64,000 nucleotides of DNA from Octopus sinensis (taxonomy: Eukaryota): the NCBI RefSeq assembly GCF_006345805.1, contig NC_042998.1, forward strand, positions 13,020,001-13,084,000, in the 5' to 3' direction. Below the pieces are notes generated by a model that was not told the DNA's origin, did no database searches, and worked only from the letters and a program-made list of their open reading frames with translations. A program made the translations under genes and the position numbers. This document shows, piece by piece, positions 1 through 13,947 of the stretch (within the stretch, counting starts at the first letter, position 1; every line of letters starts with the position of its first letter).

Positions 1-602
1 TTATTATTATTACTAACGCCAATGCTGGTATGAAGGGTGCTAATATCTGTGCTATTTCTATTATTATTATTATTACTATATGTTATGTTGGAATCTGACA
101 GGGCGGTGTCTCTGCTCATGGGTGACGAGACCTTATTTAGCAGCTTATTGTTATGGGAGGCAATTATCTGTGAGAGATTTTTAGTATTTGAGAAAGCAAT
201 CCTTACTTTGTACGAATTGATAGTGGAGTAATATCTCGAATTTTTGGGAAAATTCCTGGCAATGGCTTGGCGAAACTGTAAAGGGAGGTTAGATCCGATT
301 TGTTTTCCAAAGGGAATGACAAACCAGATATAGTTTTTTCTGTTCTTGTACTGGCTCGGAGTGTTAACTCTTACATTAAGGGGGGCATTGCTATGCAGAT
401 TTAGTGTAACATCTAAGAAATTGGCCTTAGTTAGTTCGTTATCGAAAACTATGTTCATGCCCATCCTACTAAAGAACCTAGCTAATCTATTTCTAGTTTT
501 CTGTATCATTCTGTTTGGGGCATTCTGTAGGTAAAACAGACAATCGTTGTTTGCTACCCAGTATCGGTTATCTTTCGAATTATCCGTAATAAGATATATC
601 AT
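1..602 (-). mobile_element. Penelope-like element fragment: RT C-terminus fused in frame to the WFxPF linker region, running off the window edge
   Basis: Manual minus-strand translation is open from 602 to 1: MIYLITDNSKDNRYWVANNDCLFYLQNAPNRMIQKTRNRLARFFSRMGMNIVFDNELTKANFLDVTLNL..KNYIWFVIPFGKQIGSNLPLQFRQAIARNFPKNSRYYSTINSYKVRIAFSNTKNLSQIIASHNNKLL. Clearly homologous to the PLE ORFs at 54673-56147. Confidence 0.85.
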
Positions 603-616
603 TTGTCTACTTATAT

Positions 617-649
<33 letters not shown>

Positions 650-678
650 GCATGCACATGTATATATAAAAAAATATT

Positions 679-885
679 CCGAATGAGACAAAAATCCAAG
701 GTTGTGAAAGATTTTAGATCATTTATAAATAGGTCTTACAGCTGTTTCCGGGATATTTTATATATTCCTTAATTTTCTCACTCTGTCTCTGATAAAAAAA
801 TTTATAAAATATCCCGGAAACAGCTGTAACGCCTTTTTATAAATATTCTAAATTCTTCCACAACTTTGGGTTTTTTCTCATTCAG
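679..885 (+). repeat. Fold-back mini-element (~85 bp imperfect inverted arms) with a degenerate hammerhead relic
   Basis: 679-765 is the reverse complement of ~803-885. The right arm has GAAA-cagctg-TA (palindromic stem III) preceded by a decayed core CTGATAA. A related fragment lies at ~44610-44690. Confidence 0.7.
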
Positions 886-1038
886 AAAAAAGTTTTTATA
901 TATACACATGCTGATATATTACATACGTTGGACTCCGAATCTGGAGCTTAAATATAGTCTGTCCATAGCACTTACTCGGCATTACTGACACCTTTGGGTC
1001 TTATTGACACCATTACTGCTCATAACCTCTACATACAC

Positions 1039-1039
<1 letters not shown>

Positions 1040-1077
<38 letters not shown>

Positions 1078-1307
1078 TGTATATATATATACGTATATAT
1101 GTTTGTATATATATATATATGTTTGTATATATATATATGTATGTATATATATATATGCTTGTATATATATATATATATTTATATATATGTATGTATATAT
1201 ACGTATATATATATATATGTATGTATATATACGTATATATATATGTATGTATGTATATATACGTATATATATGTATAGGTATATATATATGTATGTATAT
1301 ATATACT

Positions 1308-1351
<44 letters not shown>

Positions 1352-1362
1352 ATATATATACT

Positions 1363-1422
<60 letters not shown>

Positions 1423-1500
1423 GTGTATATATGTCTGTGTGTGTATGTGTTTGTATAAATTACGAATGAAAAGCAACTTGGCATACATATATATATGTAC
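1040..1500. repeat. Compound (TA)n/(TATG)n microsatellite
   Basis: Directly visible; source of several spurious YI-repeat ORFs. Confidence 0.95.
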
Positions 1501-2899
1501 ATACGCACTTGCTTATTTATAGCCACATATTATTTATATCATGAATGTAGTAAAAGAAATATATCATTTTCAACGTATACCCGATGTAGATAATGCAATA
1601 TATAATGCCGTGTTAATATCGGGTTAAACCCCACCACTAAGACTCCTATCCCTGTCATTTATAACTTTATCTATATTCCGTTCAATCGAAAAAAACCTAT
1701 AGACACACATGCACCCACCAGACACACACATATATATAAAGAATATCAAATACAAATAGCAAAATCTCAAGTGATGTTCATAGTTAATATGCTTTAGTTT
1801 GACGCTTAAGAGGAAATGAATTTATAAAGTAAATGTTCTGGGATAAACGTGTAGATTATGGACATAGCAATTCGTCGAATACTAGAAGGCCGAGACAGGA
1901 GGGGGAAATGAGTATGCGAAAGAGAGAAAAGAGTCACACAACTCAACATGAGCGATATATTTTGAGATAGAGTAAGAGAGAGTGAGGGGGCAAGTTTACC
2001 ATGAGAAAAGCAAAAAATGAAAGTGATAGACAAATAGAGAGAGGAAAAAAAAGGGAGACAGAGAGAGAGAGAGAGAGAGATGGGAGTGGGAATAAAAGAG
2101 GAGAAGATTTTTTCTGTTGTTATCACAGATTTTAAACTTTCAATATTAAATGAAATTTTCAAATTTGATATTTGCTGTAATTTTTCATGCAAAATCCAAA
2201 CCTGCGGTTCGTTTATTTCAGAAAATTTTTAGAAAAATGCTACAGAAATTTAAAGTTTTATCATTTTTACCCAATCAGAAAACAGGAAAACAAGGTATTT
2301 GTGCTTGATAGCTCTGTATCATCAAATGAAAGCAGTTTGTGTTGAAAAGACTAAAATCCATCTCAAAAATCTAGCAATCTGGCAATGTAGTATTTTCAGA
2401 AAGATTAATGCAAATTATTGAGACGATGAATGGTGTATTTCCTTTGGGTCCGAACTCATTGTGGGGGTTTAAGAGAATTGTAATCGGAGCTAAATGAAAA
2501 AGAGAAAACAGTAACTTTCAATAAAACACAGAAAATGTGTTTCATGTGTGTATAAGTGAGAGAGAGAGGTGGGGGTGACATGAATTAAACGAAAAAGCCA
2601 GCAAATGCTCATTGAAGGTGATGGAAATAGTTACTTTTAAAATGAAAGTAATTAACAGAACACCAATAGATTTACAAATGTTAAACGTATAGAACTTTTA
2701 ATGACATGAAGCAGTAAAAAAACGTGCACGCGTGCAGCACATGGATTCAGAGAGAAGGACAGGAATGCTAGGGAGACGAAGAGAATGTGGCAAATGCAGA
2801 CCAATAATGATGAATAAAAGTGCGTAAATGAACGTAAATGCCGACTTGGAATTTACAAACATGTATACCACGCAGTACGTATAATATGGACAAATTATA

Positions 2900-3460
2900 C
2901 AGGGTGTTGAAAATGCATCCTGCACATGCGCAACTTGGCTATCACTACATGGGCTCAAATATTGTCTATCCATTTGTAGGCCAATTCACTGAAAGTGAAC
3001 TTAATAATGCTTATTTTCAGCAAGATGGAGCTACATTAGATACTTCGCGCATCACCATGGCACTACTTCAAGAGTTTTTCGATGAACGGATTATTTCGAA
3101 GGGAATTTGGTCACAAAATCAACAGATTTAACACAGCCAAACTTTAATTCTGGGGAGCAAGTAAAAGATCAGTGTATCAGTGTACAAGAATCGCCCGAAA
3201 AACATTAATGAGCTAAAATACACAATCATAACCTTCACACGGTCCATACCGCGTCAGACTCTCCGAGACGTATTCCAAAACATGCGTATAAAAGTCAACT
3301 TATGTATTGAAAATGAAGGACAACATTTTCAGCAACTCTTATAAAGTCTTTTTTATGTCTTGTAAAGTCTCATATATACTTTTGTAGCGTCTTATGCCAT
3401 CTTATAAATATTTATTTTGCAATAAAATACTTACTGCCAAGAGACTTTTTGAACACACTG
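2900..3460 (+). mobile_element. Internally deleted Tc1/mariner-superfamily transposon (transposase C-terminal relic)
   Basis: Degenerate transposase YFQQDGAT..TSRITMALLQEFFDERIISKGIW..VYKNRPKNINELK..LCIENEGQHFQQLL*. Imperfect TIRs TA|cagggtgttgaaaa (2900) and ttttgaacacactg|TG (3460). Confidence 0.8.
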
Positions 3461-4354
3461 TGGAACTATATTTATTCCCCAACAAATAACATATAGATGT
3501 ATGTGAGCATGAATGTGTGTGGGTGTGTGTGTGTGCATGTGTATGGGCAGCTGTTCGTATGTGAAGGCTCATGAATTGGAAATGGCATAAATAGAATTAG
3601 AAACAAATATCAATGATTAATGACAATAAAATCGGAGAAAAGGAAATGGTTACGTTTTTTTTTTAATGTATATATCCAAATACACAATTAGATAGATATA
3701 GATACACATATGTGCGCGATAGATATAGACACACACACACATACACACAAACACTCAGACACACTCAGACACACTCACGCGCACACATTCATACACAGAA
3801 ACACACACGCACACTTAAGCATATATCTATAATGATTTTTATTAATTTGCCAATATCAATATTTACAATAATTTGTAGGCAATGCCGTAAATAGGTTTAC
3901 TCAATCATTGATAGCGTTTATGCATATCTGTTAAATCCGAGAGAAATATGTGCACGAGATTCTGTGCCAGTCGATTTTTTTGATGAAATCTGGATTCATA
4001 GAACATCCTGCAGTACGGCTGTTACATATATTTAGTAGATGTTCAATGCCATGGCATGTGTATATATGCCCGTACGTGTTTTTGTATGTATGTATGTATG
4101 TATGTATGTATGTATGTATGTATGTATGTATGTATGTATGTATGTATGTATTTTCAACCTTCCGCGTTTTCTGTGTGTTGCCTTCTCAATTTTTTCGCGT
4201 TTCTTTTCTTTTTCAATCTTTCTTACATCGTTATGATAATTGGTTTGAGCCTGATGAATATATTTGAGATGCTTCCCAACATACGAAAGTATTAGAAATG
4301 CTTAAAGACTTGTATTGTGACCCTGGTCCGGTCTTCGCCATGACAAATCACTAG

Positions 4355-4517
4355 CCACTACACATTCTTTATTTTCTCTCCTTGTTTCTTTCTGTGTTCC
4401 TTTCTGTGGAAGAGTGTAGGCTCGAAACCTTAAAGACTTTTTCATTTCCCGAGCGTTATACTATTATACTAATAGATATGTTTGTTGTCTGCACCACCTG
4501 TCTTCGTCCTTTGTTTT
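4355..4517 (+). mobile_element. Short dispersed element (family H1), probably PLE-derived, with a hammerhead-like motif
   Basis: cttt-CTGTGGA-a-gagt-gtag-gctc-GAAA-cctt-aaag at 4400-4435. Homologous copies at 18820, 30100 and 59040, each followed by (TA)n. Confidence 0.7.
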
Positions 4518-4546
4518 CTTTTTGGAAATTCTCCCTTAATACATAC

Positions 4547-4625
<79 letters not shown>

Positions 4626-4669
4626 TTACATAATTCTACGATATATCTTGTGAACGATCAAAGATGCAT

Positions 4670-4935
4670 CGTCAGTGATGTAACCTGTCTTCTTTCTCCA
4701 AAGTCAGTGGTCTTCTCTGAGCTATAACTCTCCTCTTTGCTGCAGCAGTAACTCCAAACCCGGTCAAAGCTTTCAAGAATGATCGCTCCACATAACCATG
4801 AGAGGCAACGTCTATTTCGTCACAGTTGTTTCTCAGCCCCGATCTTTATATCGTTCTATCAGCTCCTGGTATTTGGTGTCTTCTTATCAGCTTCCTTCAT
4901 GAGTTTCTCCTAAGGCACAGCCAGTTCTCTCCTCA
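4670..4935 (-). mobile_element. 3' relic of an RLE-type (HERO/NeSL-like) non-LTR retrotransposon, restriction-like endonuclease region
   Basis: Minus-strand translation with stops and frameshifts: ELAVP*EKLMKEADKK..KYQELIERYKDRG*ETT..EIDVASHGYVERSFLKALTGFGV. Matches the ELTVPWEE..KY..L..GW..EVG.RG signature. Confidence 0.65.
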
Positions 4936-5776
4936 CCTCCTGCTTCCCTTTTTCTTCCTATTTTCTATTTGGCTATGTTTACTTCTCTTTTATCTTTCTT
5001 TCTACTCTTTCTTTCACTCTCCTTTCCCTCTTTCTCTCTTTCTTTATCCTTGTCTTTTTCCTCCTGTCCTTCCCTTCAACCATTCTTTCTGTTCATTTCC
5101 TTTCTTTTACTCTGTTTCTATTACTCACATTACTCTTTTGTCTTTCTTGCTTCCCTCCTCTTTCCTCCTTCATCATTCTTCCTCTTCCTCATCAAACCAT
5201 ACGATTAGAAACCTATATATTAAAGCAAAAACACTATAAATTTCCAGTCCATATATATATATATATGGGGGGGAGGGGGAGTGTGTGGGTGCATGAGTGT
5301 GTATGTATGTATATGTGTGTATGAGAGGAAGAGAGGCATAGTGCGTGAGTATTTTCATATAAAAGTGAGAATCGATGAATTCAGAGTGCGATAAATTTAC
5401 TCATCAGATTGCGGTCAGTGGGTGGTGGATTGAACCCAGCATTGTTGTGATGTTTATTCACGGTTAATGGTAGCGTCCCTATTTCGTTGGGGGAGGGCAC
5501 ATAAAATAATGGTGTGGGCATCAGTATCGAATTTCTTATGATTGGCAGTTTGTGGAACCGTTAGTACCGTGACAACCGGGGTGATATATCGAGGGTCCCA
5601 ATATCATCAACTTTTAGTTTTAATCTGTTGGAAGCGGCGATTATGGCCCCTTGCTTCGACGAATGGAAATAAGGCACCTAAACGTTATTATTTCTACGTA
5701 CATACCTACACGCCTACATATGCAACTATATGCATGAGAATACAGGCATAAAACAAAAGATACAAATCTGCACATA

Positions 5777-6180
5777 GGCGCAGGAGTGGCTGTGTGGTAA
5801 GTAGCTTGCTTACCAACCACATGGTTCTGGGTTCAGTCCCACTGCGTGGCACCTTGGGCAAGTGTCTTCTACTATAGCCTCGGGCCGACCAAAGCCTTGT
5901 GAGTGGATTTGGTAGACGGAAACTGAAAGAAGCCCGTCGTATATATGTATATATATGCGTGTGTGTGTGTGTCTGTATGAGTGTGTCTGTGTTTATCCCC
6001 CCATCATCGCTTGACAACCGATGGGGGTGTGTTTACGTCCCCGTAACTTAGCGGTTCGGCAAAACAGACCGATAGAATAAGTACTGGGCTTACAAAGAAT
6101 AAGTCCTGGGTTCGATTTGTTCGACTAAAGGCGGTGCTCCAGCATGGCCACAGTCAAATGACTGAAACAAGTAAAAGAGT
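5777..6180 (+). mobile_element. tRNA-derived SINE family A, full length
   Basis: Head ggcgcaggagtggctgtgtggtaag with B-box-like gggttcagtccc, internal (TA)(TG) tract, tail ..gactgaaacaagtaaaagag. At least six copies in the window. Confidence 0.9.
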
Positions 6181-6330
6181 AAATGAGTATATGCATTCAT
6201 GAATAAGTACCCTCTTGATGTTGTTGAAATTCTAATGAAGGATCCTCGCATCTACTCTAGGAACCGATTTTTTTCTCTATTGGCAAGAAATCTTGAAATA
6301 AAACTGAATAATGACATACATACACAGATA

Positions 6331-6549
6331 GAAGGCGGTGCTGAAAAGTTCCTGGCTTTGGGGAAAAGACAGTACAGGGGATCAGCTAATTATGATTTTA
6401 TTCAAAGTATCTACCTCTCGGATTCATACACTTATTGCAGTGGTCCCTCAATTTTTCTAATCCCTGTAAAAGAACTCGTAAATTTGGGCCTCCAACAAGC
6501 AGACCTTTTCGTGATACCCTTAGAGCCAGGAACTCTTCACCACCCTTTG
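6331..6549. mobile_element. Mariner-derived MITE
   Basis: Imperfect ~30 bp TIRs (gaaggcggtgctgaaaagttcctggcttt / agagccaggaactcttcaccaccctttg) flanked by TA on both sides; no coding capacity. Confidence 0.65.
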
Positions 6550-6975
6550 TACACACATACATATACATGAAGTTCCGCCCTTTCGGTTGTAACTCGCATG
6601 TTAATGTAGCATTAGACATAACATAATGATATTCAGTTAAATTTCTGTTGTCTAAATACAAACGATCAAGTGGATTCGGAATAATAATAATAATACTAAT
6701 AATACAGTTCGTTGTGTCAGATTTAAACTGGACAACGGTTAAGGTCTACTAATTATTTCATCGATGTTGTAGCTATAACTGATTGGAATTTATTGTGAAA
6801 TTTGTTTGAAGAATATTTGCTATTTGATGTCTTAATAACACAAACCAATTATTGACAAAGTGCGTTAATATATGTATATAAAGCTTTGTGTAACATTTTC
6901 ATTTGACAATGCATATATTTGTGTGTGTGTGCGCATGATTATCAGAGAATATATAATTATACTCACACACACACA

Positions 6976-7085
<110 letters not shown>

Positions 7086-7613
7086 GAAAAGGAGGGAGAA
7101 TGAGAGGAAACGCGGGGGGACGTTAAACGACAGAAAAAGATACTTATGTGTGTGTGTGTATTCATGTAGATATTAATTTAACGAGAATATTGTTCAATAA
7201 ATGGTTGTTGAAAATATCATCCGTTCGTTATCTATTCATTTATTTACATGTCTTATCTACAGAGCATAGAGCAAAACAGATTAAGTATTGTAATATTCAG
7301 TTTATTATATATAATATTCGAATATTAACTTGCAACCAATTTCTAAGTGTAATCACTTTTGTTTGTATGATAGGGCATGCAATAACGGATATCGATTTTC
7401 GTGTTTTAGCTTGTTTATGGAACGCAACGGTAAAACTGCATATTGTATTATAATATTGTTAGGGTTATCGCCGGCCTTTGTGTGCAATCCTCTGTGTATC
7501 AGTTAATGGCGTTGTGCTTAGATAATTTCAATATCATATTTAATAAACATGGGCTCTCTGGATCTAATAATTCCTGAAGAAATTTTATTATTCCTCCTAA
7601 TATTATTAATATC

Positions 7614-7812
<199 letters not shown>

Positions 7813-8502
7813 ACTAAAACAAAGATGATAATGCTGATAAGTAGCTGAATAAGTTAATATATGCATTTACGTATGTATTCATTTTTTTCTTTATACAATT
7901 TAGTTTTTTGCCTTTCTTATTGTTACCACCTTATTTACAGTCATCCATTCGGTAAATGAACACGAAAGCACAGGCACACACACTCAACGACTTATGTATG
8001 TACATAAAACATACGCGCAAATTCGCACAGCAAACACTTACACATATATATGTATATTCACACATATAACTCGAAAAGCTTCTTTCTACTTATGTAGAAC
8101 GGCTGCGTATATCCGCATGGAATAATATCTCCACGGCGTAGAGAAGACTGGGTCAAAATTGTGGTGCTAGACTGGAACTCACAAATGCTCTCTCCCACAC
8201 ATTAACACATTAATCCAGTAATATAATATATCGAAATATAATATACAATTATATAACACACACACACTCACACACATATATATATAAACCATAAATAATT
8301 AGGTGATGTGAGAGTTGATATTTATTTGCCACTTAGATTTACGGACAATTTGGCGGTGCTACTGTGATAACCACACGACTCCTTGAATCCATACATTACA
8401 CTACACTCACACACACATACACACACACATTTGTATGAGTGTATTATGTATACATGTATGAATGCATATATATATGTATCTATGTATGTATATGCATATA
8501 AA

Positions 8503-8700
8503 AGCGGCGAGATGGCAGAAACGTTAGCACGCCGGGCAAAATGCGTAGCCGTATTTCGTCTGCCGTTACGTTCTGAGTTCAAATTCCGCCGCGGTCGACT
8601 TTGCCTTTCATCCATTCGGGGTCGATGTAATCGACTTAATCTGTTTGTCTGTCCTTGTTTATCCCCTCTATGGTTAGCCCCTTGTGGGCAATAAATAAAT
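8503..8700 (+). mobile_element. tRNA-derived SINE family B
   Basis: Head gcggcgagatggcagaaacgttagc, B-box gagttcaaattcc, tail ..ttagccccttgtgggcaataa. Confidence 0.9.
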
Positions 8701-8964
8701 AATATATATACACATGCATATATTTACGTATGTACGTGTGTATGTCTGTATATATGTATGAATTGGCAAGTCATGATATTTTCTATTATTCATCCGAAAA
8801 AACTCTGATATATATGTCTTCTCTACTACCTGAGATGGAATAAGAGACCATTGTTTATTATGATAAATATATCAATGACTGATTTCATTAGAATTTCTCA
8901 TGTAACGGATATATATAAATTCTATTTCTAGGTTTTGCCATTTAGAAAATCACATACAAATCGA

Positions 8965-9172
8965 TATGTTTCTTTACTACCCACAAGGGGCTAAACACAG
9001 AGGGGACAAACAAGGACAGACAAAGGGATTAAGTCGATTACATCGACCCCAGTGCGTAACTGGTACTTAAGTTATCGACCTCGGCGGAATTTGATCCCAG
9101 AACGTAACGGTAGACGAAATACGGCTACGCATTTTGCCCGGCGTGCTAACGTTTCTGCCAGCTCGCCGCCTT
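8965..9172 (-). mobile_element. SINE family B (internally deleted)
   Basis: Reverse complement of the 8503 copy. Confidence 0.85.
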
Positions 9173-9329
9173 CACATACAGATCGATAGCAATGTGCAAC
9201 AACTCGAAACTCCCAACCAAAGTTGTAAGATATTACTATACGGCCTTATACTTCTCCGAGAGAGCTCGCTCACATCCTCGAGATGTATTAATACTTTCTA
9301 CTATAGGCACCGATTAGATCGACCACAAT

Positions 9330-9652
9330 GTTTCACTGGTCCTTGATTTATCAACCCCGAAAGGATGAAAAAGAAAGTTGATCTCGGTGGAAATTGAAAC
9401 TCAGAATGTAATGTCAGACGAAAAACCTATTTCTTTACTACCCACAAGGAGCTACACACAGAGGGGACAAACAAGGACAGACAAACGGATTAAGTTGATT
9501 ATATCGACCCCTGTGCGAACTGGTACTTAATTCATCGAGCCCGAAAGGATGAATGGCAAATTCGACCTCGGCGGAATTTGAACTCAGAACGTAATGTCAG
9601 ACGAAATACGGCTGCGCATTTCGCCCGGCGTGCTAACGATTCTGCCAGTAGC
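9330..9652 (-). mobile_element. SINE family B: one partial plus one near-complete copy
   Basis: Reverse-complement homology to the 8503 copy. Confidence 0.8.
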
Positions 9653-10256
9653 GCTTTGTTTGCTATAAATGAGCAATATATTTGATGACTTTTCTTTATA
9701 TATATACCGAGGTCAATCCATATCATTGTACACCTGAATATGTTAACTTCTGTGTTTCGCCCAATGCTTAGATGAGGCGTACATGGTATAGCTACGTAAA
9801 AAAGATCACAAGCTGGATGCTTTTAAGAATGAAAGGGTTAATTTTGTATTCAAAATGTACATAAAAGTAAGCAATAATCGAAGAGCTCTTAATTCCTAAG
9901 ATTGTCTTATAAATGTATACAGAAGCAGACAAAGCATTCATTGTAAGCATAATGAGCAATATTATAATAAATTATTTCCGAACATTCAACGAATAAATAT
10001 TAGTAATACAACATTATTGCTTATCTTTTAAAGAAGCACTCATTATTTCAGTGATATTTGAAATGACAATGGCTACAAAGATATAGAGAATATGAGTATT
10101 GCTAACATTACAAAAATGTGAATCGAAATATTAGACCTTATACCATATAGTTTATAGATTCGTGGTAATACCAAAAGTTAACGATATAATTACGCTAACC
10201 TTTATGCATCCCAAATCCATTTCAGAGATCATTTCAGAGATCACTTCAAGCTAAAT

Positions 10257-10648
10257 GGTTATGGTTATGGAAGCACTCCGTCAGTTACGACGACGAGGGT
10301 TCCGGTTAATCCGAATCAACGGAACAGCCTGCTCGTGAAATTAACGTGTAAGTGGCTGAGCACTCCACAAATACGTGGACCCTTAACGTAGTTCTCGGGG
10401 ATATTCAACGTGACACAGAGAGTGACAAGGCCGGCCCTTTGAAATACAGGTACAACAGAAACAGGAAGTAAGAGTGAGAGAAAGTTATGGTGAAAGAGTA
10501 CAGCAGGGATCACCACCATCCCCTGCCGGAGCCTCGTCGAGCTTAAATGTTTTTGCTCAATAAACACTCACAACGCCCGGTCTGGGAATCGAAACCGTGA
10601 TCCTATGACCGCGAGTCCGCTGCCTTAACCACTGGGCCATTGCGTCTC
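10257..10648 (-). mobile_element. tRNA-derived SINE family C, full length, with 13-bp TSD
   Basis: Head (rc) ggagacgcaatggcccagtggttaagg..ggtttcgattcc, tail ..gacggagtgcttcc(ataacc)n. TSD cttcaagctaaat at 10244-10256 and 10649-10661. Confidence 0.9.
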
Positions 10649-11139
10649 CTTCAAGCTAAATAATGCAGCATTCAGTCATCTAACACAACCACCACGTTGC
10701 GTTTGCGATCATGATTACATGTTGGTATTAACACTGCTTCTACAGCTAAATTTTGAAGAAGTCTACTGTGTGCATGTGTAAACCTGAATAAACACTGAAA
10801 TACTACATATCGTTGACGGGAAATTCGGCTGTTATCGCACTGCTATCACTAAGGAACACATAGCAGGGTGAAATCAGCCGATCTTGGGGACTAAAGGGGA
10901 ACATTCTCGTACATACTTGTTTACATTTTGATAATGAATTTTAACTTAAAGTCATTAGTGTTGTCGGGTGTACAGGAAAGAATATCAGGTTCAACGCTAA
11001 AATAACACTGACATCATTCGGTTGGAACCCAATCAGAAGCCGTCCAATCAGACCACCAGCACCTAGTTTCAGTGCTAAAGTATGCATAACATTTTCTTCA
11101 TAACCCACGCTTTAATCAATAATATGTAAGTACAATAAA

Positions 11140-11860
11140 GCGGCGAGCTGGCAGAAACGTCAGCACGCCGGGCGAAATATTTAGCGGTATTTCGTCTGTC
11201 TTTTTGTTCTGAGTTCAAATTCCGCCGAGGTCGATTTTACCTTTCACCATTTCGGGGTCGATAAATTAAGTACCAGTTGCGTACTGGGTTCGACCTAATC
11301 GACTGGACCTCTTCCCCAAAATTTCGAGCCTTGTACCTACAGTAGAAAAGAATATGTAGTTACAATAAGGCGGCGAGCTGCCTGAAACGTTAGCTCGCAG
11401 GGCGAAATGCTTAGCTGTATTTCGTCTGTCTTTACGTTCTGAGTTCAAATTCTGCCGAAGCCGACTTGGCTTTTTAAGGTGGCGAGCTGTCAGAAACTTT
11501 AGCACGCCGGGCGAAATGCTTAGCAGTATTTCGTCTGCCGTTACATTCTTAGTTCAAATTCCGCCGACGTGGGCTTTGCCTTTCATCCTTTCGGTGTCGA
11601 TTAAATAAGAACCAGTTACGCACTGGGGTCGATGTAATCGACTTAATCCGTTTGTCTGTCCTTGTTTGTCCTCTCTGTGTTTAGCTCTAGTGGGTAATAA
11701 GGAAAAAGGTACTTCGTCTGTCTTTATGTTCTAAGTTCAAATTCCGCCGAGATCGACTTTGCCTTTTATCCTTTCGGGGTACCAGTTTCATCCCGGGGTC
11801 GATCTAATCGACTGGTCACCCTCCCCAGAAATTTCAAGCCTTGTGCTTAAAGAAGAAAAG
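11140..11860 (+). mobile_element. Head-to-tail cluster of four full or partial SINE family B copies
   Basis: ggcgagctg heads at ~11140, ~11369 and ~11478, plus a headless copy at ~11710, each with gttcaaatt B-box. Confidence 0.85.
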
Positions 11861-12162
11861 AATGTGTAGCTACAACTTAATGACAAGTATATTAAGCTAT
11901 GAATAACTTTTAATTCACTAACCAATAGCAAAAGAGAACTGCGAATTTTATATGTGTGTGAGCGCAGATTATTTTACTGATAGTACACGATATCATTAAT
12001 ATATAACAAATATGTACTTGCCGAAAAAAGTGTTGCAGCGCAACTGCAAATGAACACCGCCTTCATAAATAACTGAATAAATATTTATATAAGGGCAGCA
12101 TATTTTTGCGACAGCTACCTACTGAAACTTAGGTGACACAATGCAGTGTAAATCAGATATAT

Positions 12163-12379
12163 ATTTCTTTACTACACACAAGAGGCTAAACACAGAGGGG
12201 ACAAACGGATTAAGTCGATCATATCGACCCCAGTGCGTAACTGGTACTTAATTTATCGATCTCGAAAGGATGAACGGCAAAGTCGACCTCGGCGGAATAT
12301 GAACTCAGAACGTAACGGCAGACGATATACGGCTACGCATTTCGCCCGGCGTGCTAACGTTTCTGCCAGCTCGCCGCCT
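12163..12379 (-). mobile_element. SINE family B
   Basis: Reverse-complement homology ending ..ccagctcgccgcc. Confidence 0.9.
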
Positions 12380-13165
12380 GCGTAAAACAGATATAACCTT
12401 TGCTGAAAAGCAAAGCATAATTAAGGGAAATATGTAAAGAAATGTTCGTAGCAGCTCCACTTTAATATAGTAGATAAATATACTTTATGGTATGGTTTGT
12501 TACTCCTGTCTGTCTCAAACATCTTATAAAAACTAATGTTATTTTACGTATAAATTGCACATACACCGAATTTCATCGATAGTCTTCTAAATAAATTGCT
12601 ATCTGTAATAATAAATATTTGTTTCAAAACGCTATATTTGAACTCAGTAGTGTAAATCGATCAATTCTCGTTTGAAATATGGAAAATTACGCTCGAACGG
12701 CTAAGGTGACAAAGATAACTGTATATTCAGCAACACACTAATTGTAAGTATTCGTGTCATTTAGGATAGATCTAGGATATTTAGCTGATTTCCTCGTGAA
12801 TTAACGAAGATAAACGGCATTAAGTCATTATCACTAAACGAATTATATCAATGAACTTGTTACTAAGGTGTCGATACAATCAAGCATCTATAATTATTGA
12901 GCAAAAGTGAGATGCAAGTTTTGATGAACAATATTATATATTTTAATATAAAACCTCAGAAATATTTAAATGGAGATTAATTTATCTTCATAAACTGAAG
13001 TGCATCGCACAAATCTCTGTTCAGTTATTTTATACACCATTACTGTCTTTGTATTTGTATTTCGTTTTCTCTATTGTCTCCATATACACCACACCCCAGT
13101 TCTCTAAAAATCTACACGTTCTCAAGCACACATTCACAGAGGTACACACGTACACCAATACATAC

Positions 13166-13215
<50 letters not shown>

Positions 13216-13260
13216 TATATATATAAATATATATGTATATATGTGCATGTATATATAATA

Positions 13261-13293
<33 letters not shown>

Positions 13294-13295
13294 CA

Positions 13296-13748
13296 TTCTT
13301 TCATTTGTTTCAGACGTTTGGACTGCGGCCATGCAGATCAGTGCCTTTAGTTGAACAAATCCAACCCAGGACTTATTCTTTGTAAACAGGGTACTTATTC
13401 AATCGGCCCCTTTGCCGAACCGCTAGATTTCGGGGATGCAAACACACCAACATCGGTTGTCAAGCGATGGTAGAGAGACAAACACGAAGACATACTAACA
13501 CACACACACACACACATATATATTATATATATATATATATATACACTTCTTTCATTTGTTTCAGACGTTTGACTGCGGCCATGCTAGATCAGTGCCTTTA
13601 GTTGAACAAATCCAACCCAGGACTTATTCTTTGTAAACAGGGTACTTATTCAATCGGCCCCTTTGCCGAACCGCTAGATTTCGGGGATGCAAACACACCA
13701 ACATCGGTTGTCAAGCGATGGTAGAGAGACAAACACGAAGACATACTA

Positions 13749-13789
<41 letters not shown>

Positions 13790-13947
13790 AATACGACAGG
13801 CTTCTTTCAATTTCCATCTACCAAATCCACTCACAAGGCTTTCCTTGACTCGAGGCTATGGTATAAGACACTTGCCCAAGGTACCACGTAGTGGGACTGA
13901 ACCCCGGAACCATGTGGTTTGGAAACAAGCCTCTTACCCCGCTGCCA
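13296..13947 (-). mobile_element. SINE family A with tandem duplication of its 3' half (~250 bp)
   Basis: 13296-13545 and 13546-13790 are nearly identical (ttctttcatttgtttcagacg..acatactaacacac). Confidence 0.85.
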
